Shown in pieces: positions 57,871-64,000 of a stretch of 64,000 nt of DNA; the first letter of the stretch is position 1; each line of letters opens with the position of its first letter. This stretch comes from Alistipes sp. GTDB lineage: Bacteria; Bacteroidota; Bacteroidia; Bacteroidales; Rikenellaceae. Both the position numbers and the translations under genes were made by a program. The notes beneath the pieces are model-generated. The model searched no databases. It was not told the DNA's origin and worked only from the letters and a program-made list of their open reading frames with translations. The stretch lies in contig JAZKYX010000029.1 of NCBI GenBank assembly GCA_045612405.1, positions 36,621-100,620 on the forward strand. Reading direction: 5' to 3'.

Positions 57871-60555
57871 TTAGTTCTTACGTTTTACCTCAACCTGCTC
57901 GTAACCCTCGACAATATCACCTACACGGATATCGTTGAACGACTCGATGTTAAGACCGCAATCCTGACCGATTGTAACCTCCTTCACATCGTCCTTGAAA
58001 CGACGCAACGAACCGAGCTTACCTGTGTAGATTACGATACCATCACGAATCACACGGATAGGCGTATTGCGCTGCAACTTACCCTCGCGTACGATACAAC
58101 CAGCCACGGTACCAACCTTCGAAATCTTGAAGGTCTCCATAACCTCGATAGAGCAGCAGATAACCTCCTTCATAACAGGCTCCAACATACCCTCGATAGC
58201 GTCCTTGATATCGTTCACCGCATCGTAGATGATAGAGTACAAGCGAATCTCAATCTCCTCCTTCTCGGCAGTCTTACGCGCTGCGGCTGATGGACGTACC
58301 TGGAAACCGACGATGATGGCGTTAGATGCCGTAGCGAGCAACACGTCAGACTCAGAAATCTGACCCACAGCAGCGTGGATAACGTTCACCTGAACACTCT
58401 CCTTCGAGAGCTTAATGAGTGAGCCCGACATAGCCTCAACCGAACCGTCCACGTCACCCTTAACGATGATGTTAAGCTCCTTAAACGAACCGATAGCGAT
58501 ACGGCGACCAATCTCGTCCAACGTGATATGCTTCTGAGTCATAATACCCTGCATACGCTGCAACTGCTCACGCTTGTTGGCAATCTCACGAGCCGAGCGG
58601 TCATCATCCATCACATTAAAGCTATCACCCGCCTGTGGCGCACCGTTCAAACCGAGCACCTGAACAGGAGTTGATGGGCCTGCCTCCAACACCTTCTTAC
58701 CGTTCTCGTCGAACATAGCCTTCACACGACCTGTATATGTACCTGAAAGCAATACATCACCAATGCGCAAAGTACCACTCTGTACCATAATTGTAGCTAC
58801 ATAACCACGACCCTTATCCAAAGTTGACTCGATTACACTACCCTGAGCCTTCTTATTAGGATTTGCCTTCAAATCGAGCATCTCAGCCTCCAACAACACC
58901 TTCTCCAACAATTTATCGAGGTTCATACCCTTCTTTGCCGAGATATCCTGGCTCTGGTACTTACCACCCCACTCCTCAACAAGGTAGTTCATCTGTGCCA
59001 ACTGCTCCTTGATGTGCTCTGGGTTAGCTGCTGGCTTATCAATCTTATTAATAGCGAAGACCATAGGCACACCTGCTGCCTGAGCGTGGTTGATAGCCTC
59101 GACAGTCTGTGGCATAACGTGGTCATCAGCCGACACGATGATAATCGCCACATCGGTAATCTTGGCACCACGCGCACGCATCGCTGTAAAGGCCTCGTGA
59201 CCCGGAGTATCGAGGAAGGTAACCTTCTGACCATTGTAGTTCACCGAGTAAGCACCGATGTGCTGTGTGATACCTCCGGCCTCGCCCTCGATGACGTTGG
59301 TCTTACGGATGTTATCCAACAAAGATGTCTTACCGTGGTCAACGTGACCCATTACGGTTACGATTGGTGGACGAGCAACCAAATCCTCCTCCTTATCTAC
59401 ATCCTCGTCGATAGCTTCTGCAACCTCAACTGTAACGAACTCTGTCTTGAAGCCAAACTCCTCGGCAACCACCACCAAGGCCTCGGCATCCAAACGCTGG
59501 TTGATAGATACCATCAAGCCCAAGTTCATACAAGCCGAGATGACCTCCATAGGTGAAACGTTCATCATTGTAGCGAGCTCGCTAACGGTAACAAACTCTG
59601 TTACCTTCAACACTGAACGCTCCATCTGCTCGCGCTCCATCTCCTCCGACATCTTCTCGCGAATCTCGTCGCGCTTCTCCTTACGATACTTTGCACCCTT
59701 ATTCTTAGCACCCTTTGCAGTCAAACGAGCCAAAGTATCCTTAATCTGCTTTGATACCTCCTCATCGCTTACCTCAGGACGAACAACAGGCTTTGGCTGA
59801 TGCTTCTCCTTCTTCTTATTGCGACGACCCTCGCCCGGCTTAGGCTGGTTCTGCTGGTTATTCTGATTCTGATTGTTCTGAGCTGGCTGACCCTGAGAAG
59901 GCTTATTCTTCTTATCCTTCTTACCGCCATCCTTACCCTGATTCTTACTCACATCAACCTTCTCCTTATCCAGACGCTTGCGCTTGTGCTTACCACCTGG
60001 AATCATACCCGACACATCCATAGTACCCAAAATCTTTGGACCTGCCAACTGATTCTGGCTCGCGCGAGGCTCCTCAACCTCGGGCTTTGGCTCCGGTTTA
60101 GACTCCACCTGAGGCTCTGGCTTAGGTGATGGCTCTTGTTTTGGTTCAGGCTTTGGATCTGGCTTCACTTCGGGAGCCTGCTTCTTTTTAGGGTCGAGAT
60201 CAATCTTACCCAAAATCTTTGGCTGAGGAACCTCATCCTTAATGTTGATGACATTGCTCTTGACAATCACCTCATCATCATCGGCGTTATCCTCCTTCTT
60301 CTGGTCACCGAGTGACACAGTAGCCTGCTTGTTGAGCGAGATACGCTCACGCACGTTATCGCGCTCATTACCTGTTATACTACGATTTGAGCCAAACTCC
60401 TTTTCGAGCATAGCATATACATCGGGACTCACAGGCGAGTTGGGCGACAAATCGGCACCCACACCCTTTTTGAGCAAGAAGTCCGTAATGGAACTAATTC
60501 CCACCTTAAACTCCTTTGCCACTTGAATGAGCCTTATCTTTCTATTATTTGTCAT
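57871..60555 (-). CDS. infB: Translation initiation factor IF-2
   Basis: [24 protein letters not shown]; Pro/Lys/Gln-rich N-terminal linker. Confidence 0.98.
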   Translation of the reverse strand: MTNNRKIRLIQVAKEFKVGISSITDFLLKKGVGADLSPNSPVSPDVYAMLEKEFGSNRSITGNERDNVRERISLNKQATVSLGDQKKEDNADDDEVIVKSNVINIKDEVPQPKILGKIDLDPKKKQAPEVKPDPKPEPKQEPSPKPEPQVESKPEPKPEVEEPRASQNQLAGPKILGTMDVSGMIPGGKHKRKRLDKEKVDVSKNQGKDGGKKDKKNKPSQGQPAQNNQNQNNQQNQPKPGEGRRNKKKEKHQPKPVVRPEVSDEEVSKQIKDTLARLTAKGAKNKGAKYRKEKRDEIREKMSEEMEREQMERSVLKVTEFVTVSELATMMNVSPMEVISACMNLGLMVSINQRLDAEALVVVAEEFGFKTEFVTVEVAEAIDEDVDKEEDLVARPPIVTVMGHVDHGKTSLLDNIRKTNVIEGEAGGITQHIGAYSVNYNGQKVTFLDTPGHEAFTAMRARGAKITDVAIIIVSADDHVMPQTVEAINHAQAAGVPMVFAINKIDKPAANPEHIKEQLAQMNYLVEEWGGKYQSQDISAKKGMNLDKLLEKVLLEAEMLDLKANPNKKAQGSVIESTLDKGRGYVATIMVQSGTLRIGDVLLSGTYTGRVKAMFDENGKKVLEAGPSTPVQVLGLNGAPQAGDSFNVMDDDRSAREIANKREQLQRMQGIMTQKHITLDEIGRRIAIGSFKELNIIVKGDVDGSVEAMSGSLIKLSKESVQVNVIHAAVGQISESDVLLATASNAIIVGFQVRPSAAARKTAEKEEIEIRLYSIIYDAVNDIKDAIEGMLEPVMKEVICCSIEVMETFKISKVGTVAGCIVREGKLQRNTPIRVIRDGIVIYTGKLGSLRRFKDDVKEVTIGQDCGLNIESFNDIRVGDIVEGYEQVEVKRKN

Positions 60556-60587
60556 ACTTAAATCCTCAATTGATAAATGTTAAACTT

Positions 60588-61823
60588 CTACTCCTCGTCG
60601 AACTCTGCTTTCAGAATCTCAACGACCTTCTCTGCCTGCTCAATTTCGAGGTCGGCGCGTGTAGCGATCTCCTCAACTGGGAGCTCCAATACGCTCTTAG
60701 CAGTGTCGCAGCCCGCAGCCTTCAAAGCCTCGATAATCCAAGCCTCGATCTCGTCTGCAAACTCGGTCAATGCTACGTCCTCCTCCTCAATCTCGCGATA
60801 TACGTCGATGTCGTAGCCTGTAAGCATCTTTGAGAGGCGGATGTTCAAACCACCCTTACCGATAGCAAGCGATACCTGATCTGGTTTGAGGTAAACAGCA
60901 GCTGTCTTGCGCTCCTCGTCGATTGTAATAGACGACACCTTTGCAGGGTTGAGCGAACGCTGAATCATCAACTGTGGATTTGATGTGTAGTTTACAACGT
61001 CAATATTCTCATTACGCAACTCCTTTACGATGGTGTAGATACGAGAACCCTTCATACCCACACAAGCACCTACTGGATCAATACGGTCATCATAAGACTC
61101 TACGGCAACCTTAGCACGCTCACCTGGGATACGAGCGATAGTCTTGATTGTAATCAAACCATCGTAAATCTCAGGCACCTCCTGCTCGAAAAGACGCTCC
61201 AAGAACTGGTTGGCTGTACGAGAGAGGATAATGCGTGGCTGGTTGTTGTTCATCTCTACGCTCTTCACGATAGCCTTGATGGTATCGCCCTTGCGATAGA
61301 AGTCGTTAGGAATCTGCTCGCTCTTTGGAAGAATCAACTCATTCTTCTCCTCATCCAAAAGCAACACCTCGCGCTTCCATACCTGATATACGTCAGCAGA
61401 GATAATCTCGCCCACCTTGTCAGAATACTTATCATAGATGTTAGCTTTCTCCAAATCGAGCAGACGTGATGCCAAGTTCTGACGCAATGACAATACAGCA
61501 CGACGACCAAACTGATTCATCTTAATCTGGTCTGAGTACTCGTCACCAACCTCATAAGTAGCATCGATAGCCTTAACCTCCGATACTGAGATTTGAGTGT
61601 TAGGGTTCTCTACCTCGCCATCCTCAACAACCTCGCGGTTGCGCCAGATTTCCAAATCGCCCTTCTCAGGGTTGATGATGACATCAAAGTTTTCATCGCT
61701 CTCGAACTGCTTCTGCAATGCGTGACGCAGAACATCCTCCAACACGCCAATCATCGTAGCCTTGTCGATGTTCTTCTGATCCTTGAACTCAGCAAAGTTG
61801 CTGATAAGATTAAAGTTTTCCAT
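60588..61823 (-). CDS. nusA: Transcription termination factor NusA
   Basis: S1 and KH domains; ARIPGERAKVAV, DPVGACVG, SLAIGKGG. Confidence 0.98.
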   Translation of the reverse strand: MENFNLISNFAEFKDQKNIDKATMIGVLEDVLRHALQKQFESDENFDVIINPEKGDLEIWRNREVVEDGEVENPNTQISVSEVKAIDATYEVGDEYSDQIKMNQFGRRAVLSLRQNLASRLLDLEKANIYDKYSDKVGEIISADVYQVWKREVLLLDEEKNELILPKSEQIPNDFYRKGDTIKAIVKSVEMNNNQPRIILSRTANQFLERLFEQEVPEIYDGLITIKTIARIPGERAKVAVESYDDRIDPVGACVGMKGSRIYTIVKELRNENIDVVNYTSNPQLMIQRSLNPAKVSSITIDEERKTAAVYLKPDQVSLAIGKGGLNIRLSKMLTGYDIDVYREIEEEDVALTEFADEIEAWIIEALKAAGCDTAKSVLELPVEEIATRADLEIEQAEKVVEILKAEFDEE

Positions 61824-61854
61824 TGTTATATGTTTTTATTTATTTTGTTTTCTT

Positions 61855-62322
61855 CTACTTAAAATCAAGATACTCCTTGGTGTACTTAATCTCGTCAAAA
61901 TTGTATGTGCGCTCGACATTGACCAACACCTTACGCTTCTTGCCCTCAACAGCCTGCTTCTCCTCGTATGAGATTGCGATACCCTCATCGGTCACAGCAT
62001 CGAGCTTAGCCAAAATCTTGATTCCACTCAGCAGCAACACCTCAACCGAAGAACCAATCAACTTGCGATACTGACGGATATTCTTCAACTCCGAGCCGAT
62101 ACCTGCCGACGCAACGGTCAAAGAGAAATCCTCCACCTCACGGTCGAACTCCGCCTCGATGGTACGGCTCAACTCGGCACAACGATCGATTGTCACATAA
62201 GTGTCGCTATCAATCAAAAGCTCAACCTCATTCATTGGGGAGCACTTACAGCTCACCGCAAACATATCCGTGCCTGACAGTTCTCTGTCGGCAATAGCTA
62301 ATATTTTCTCGCAATCTATCAT
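61855..62322 (-). CDS. rimP: Ribosome maturation factor RimP
   Basis: IDRCAELSR, FSLTVASAGIG..LK; position in the rimP-nusA-infB operon. Confidence 0.95.
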   Translation of the reverse strand: MIDCEKILAIADRELSGTDMFAVSCKCSPMNEVELLIDSDTYVTIDRCAELSRTIEAEFDREVEDFSLTVASAGIGSELKNIRQYRKLIGSSVEVLLLSGIKILAKLDAVTDEGIAISYEEKQAVEGKKRKVLVNVERTYNFDEIKYTKEYLDFK

Positions 62323-62349
62323 TTTTGATGTGTTTTTTCAAGTCAAGAT

Positions 62350-62385
62350 ACGAAATAAGGGGACATTATCGTCCCCTTACTCCTT
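62350..62385 (-). promoter_or_regulatory. rimP-leader hairpin/attenuator
   Basis: TAAGGGGAC-GATAAT-GTCCCCTTA-TTT lies between the -7 box (TATTTTTG, 62398..62405) and the rimP start. Confidence 0.6.
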
Positions 62386-62480
62386 CATTCACGATGCAAA
62401 AATAGTGAAAATTTCCTATACTACAAATATTTATGGTGAAAAATTTACTCTTTTAGCATTTCTCAACTCTTTAATAGGAA

Positions 62481-64000
62481 CTAAAATTTCAACACCACCA
62501 ACGAGTGAGGAGGCAACTCAACACAACCATCCTTCACTTCGAATGTCATATCCTGTGGAACAACGCGATTTTCAGCACCAATCTCGTTGAAATCGTCAGG
62601 CGACGAGCCGCTCAACACCTTCCCCGAAACCCTCTTTGGAGTCTTAATATTCATCTCCTCAAAGTCGATATTCAGCATACGAGACTTCTCGGGATCTTTA
62701 TTCGCAACAGCGAGAGCATAGCGTGTACCCTCCTTGTCGGATGTAAGGATGCAATCGAGCACGCCAGTCGACGACTTGCCGTGAACAAGGCGCTCGGTGC
62801 GCAGATTGGTAGGCACCATATACTCCTCAAGCATATTGACATACATATCGAAGACATGATATGTCGTACGCTTCAAGATACCCTCAGGATGAACAAATAT
62901 CGCTCCAGTAGTGTTCACGATTGGAGAAAAGCAGGCTATATCAACGATGTCGGCGTGGCGCAGACACGAGTTGAGGAAACAAGCCGAGAAGATAGCATCA
63001 GCCATTGTATATTCCGAAGGGGTATCGTTCTTGCGGCGTGCTGCCAGGTCGTGACCCTTACGCAGATTGATATGCCAAGGATGGTGCCAGCCTCGCAAGT
63101 TCCACTCGTCGTATGAAATCTTAATCCTACCGCCTCCAAAACCAGCCACATCGAGGATGTTGATTGTCTTCTGGATGTCCAGTTCTGGAGCGTCGGTCTT
63201 CATCATACAAGTCATATATGGAAGGACATCGTAGGTGCTGGAGTTGAAATCCCAGTAGCCATGGATAGATACATAGTTAAGCAGGCTACCTGCCTCCTTC
63301 AGCAGAGGCAAAATCCACTCCTTATTGGAAACCGCCGCAGAGAAGAGTTTGATATCCTTATCGGCACACAACATCAACTTACCCGACTCGCGCACCAGCG
63401 GACCCCACTCCTGAACGGTGCGGGCACCGAGTTCGTGGAAGCCCCAATTCTCGTTACCTATGCTCCAATACTTCACATTGTGAGGCTCGGGATAGCCATT
63501 TGCGATACGCATACGACCGAACTTACCGACTGACAGGTTACAATACTCAACCCAATCACTCATCTCCTCGGGAGTACCCGTACCCGCATTGGTGCAGATA
63601 TAAGGCTCACAACCCACCTTGCGACACCATTTTATATACTCATCTGTGCCGAAAGTGCTTGGGTCCTCGACGTGCCAGGTCTTATCATAGACTGGAGTGC
63701 GCTCCTTACCTACGGCGTCCATCCAGTGGTAAGACGACACAAAGCAGCCACCTGGCCAACGCACAATAGGCACTTTGATTTGCTTCAACGCCTCGATGAC
63801 ATCTGTTCTGAAACCATCCTCATCAGCAAATTTCGATTCGGGGTCAAAGATACCACCATAGACCTGATTGTCGAAATGCTCGATGAAGTGACCAAAAATC
63901 ATATTATTATACTTGATTTTATTGGCACTGATATCAACCGTAATGCGATTTCCGACAGGCTCTGCTGCAAAAGATAGTGTAACAACAAACACACTCATCG
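62481..64000 (-). CDS. Alpha-L-arabinofuranosidase (GH51), N-terminus probably off-window
   Basis: GHFIEH, RWPGGCF, FGTDE, GNE acid/base, DEWN nucleophile; frame open to the window edge within a signal-peptide-like stretch. Confidence 0.92.
   Translation of the reverse strand, partial: MSVFVVTLSFAAEPVGNRITVDISANKIKYNNMIFGHFIEHFDNQVYGGIFDPESKFADEDGFRTDVIEALKQIKVPIVRWPGGCFVSSYHWMDAVGKERTPVYDKTWHVEDPSTFGTDEYIKWCRKVGCEPYICTNAGTGTPEEMSDWVEYCNLSVGKFGRMRIANGYPEPHNVKYWSIGNENWGFHELGARTVQEWGPLVRESGKLMLCADKDIKLFSAAVSNKEWILPLLKEAGSLLNYVSIHGYWDFNSSTYDVLPYMTCMMKTDAPELDIQKTINILDVAGFGGGRIKISYDEWNLRGWHHPWHINLRKGHDLAARRKNDTPSEYTMADAIFSACFLNSCLRHADIVDIACFSPIVNTTGAIFVHPEGILKRTTYHVFDMYVNMLEEYMVPTNLRTERLVHGKSSTGVLDCILTSDKEGTRYALAVANKDPEKSRMLNIDFEEMNIKTPKRVSGKVLSGSSPDDFNEIGAENRVVPQDMTFEVKDGCVELPPHSLVVLKF

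Noticed and set aside
60080-60185. PEPK-type repeats in the IF-2 N-terminal region
   Set aside because: Ordinary low-complexity linker typical of Bacteroidetes IF-2.
1-64000. CRISPR arrays, tRNA/rRNA genes, transposases, integrases, stop-codon recoding
   Set aside because: No regularly spaced repeat-spacer array, cloverleaf or rRNA-like tract was seen in intergenic regions; all major genes read through intact in the standard code.

Overview
64-kb chromosomal window from a Bacteroidales bacterium, most likely Rikenellaceae/Alistipes-like (inferred from RpsU/NusA/PurA sequence style and recurrent TAnnTTTG -7 promoter boxes). It is mostly core genes: purA, PPi-type pfk, ligA, dapA, rluB, secG, lptE, rpsU, kdsD-kdsA-kdsB, lon, valS, rnhA, glgB, gyrA and rimP-nusA-infB. 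I found no rRNA, tRNA, CRISPR array, integrase or transposase. Most interesting: (1) a left-edge locus of DUF1810, a stand-alone FtsZ C-terminal-domain protein keeping the T7-loop aspartates, and a VWA protein, with an identical 13-bp motif upstream of both transcription units; (2) a steroid 5-alpha-reductase / OYE reductase / SDR cluster matching Bacteroidetes bile-acid (isoalloLCA) gene clusters; (3) a serine hydrolase followed by BlaI and an M56 sensor fused to ExbD-like, plug-like and TonB-C domains, with AACTA-N7-TAGTT boxes at 21-bp spacing over the promoter; (4) a DUF1080 / ApbE / Tat Gfo-Idh-MocA module; (5) an unannotated 126-nt hairpin between gyrA and a CoA-transferase whose six G-U wobbles all favour the + strand. 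All product calls come from motif recognition by eye; no database searches were run.
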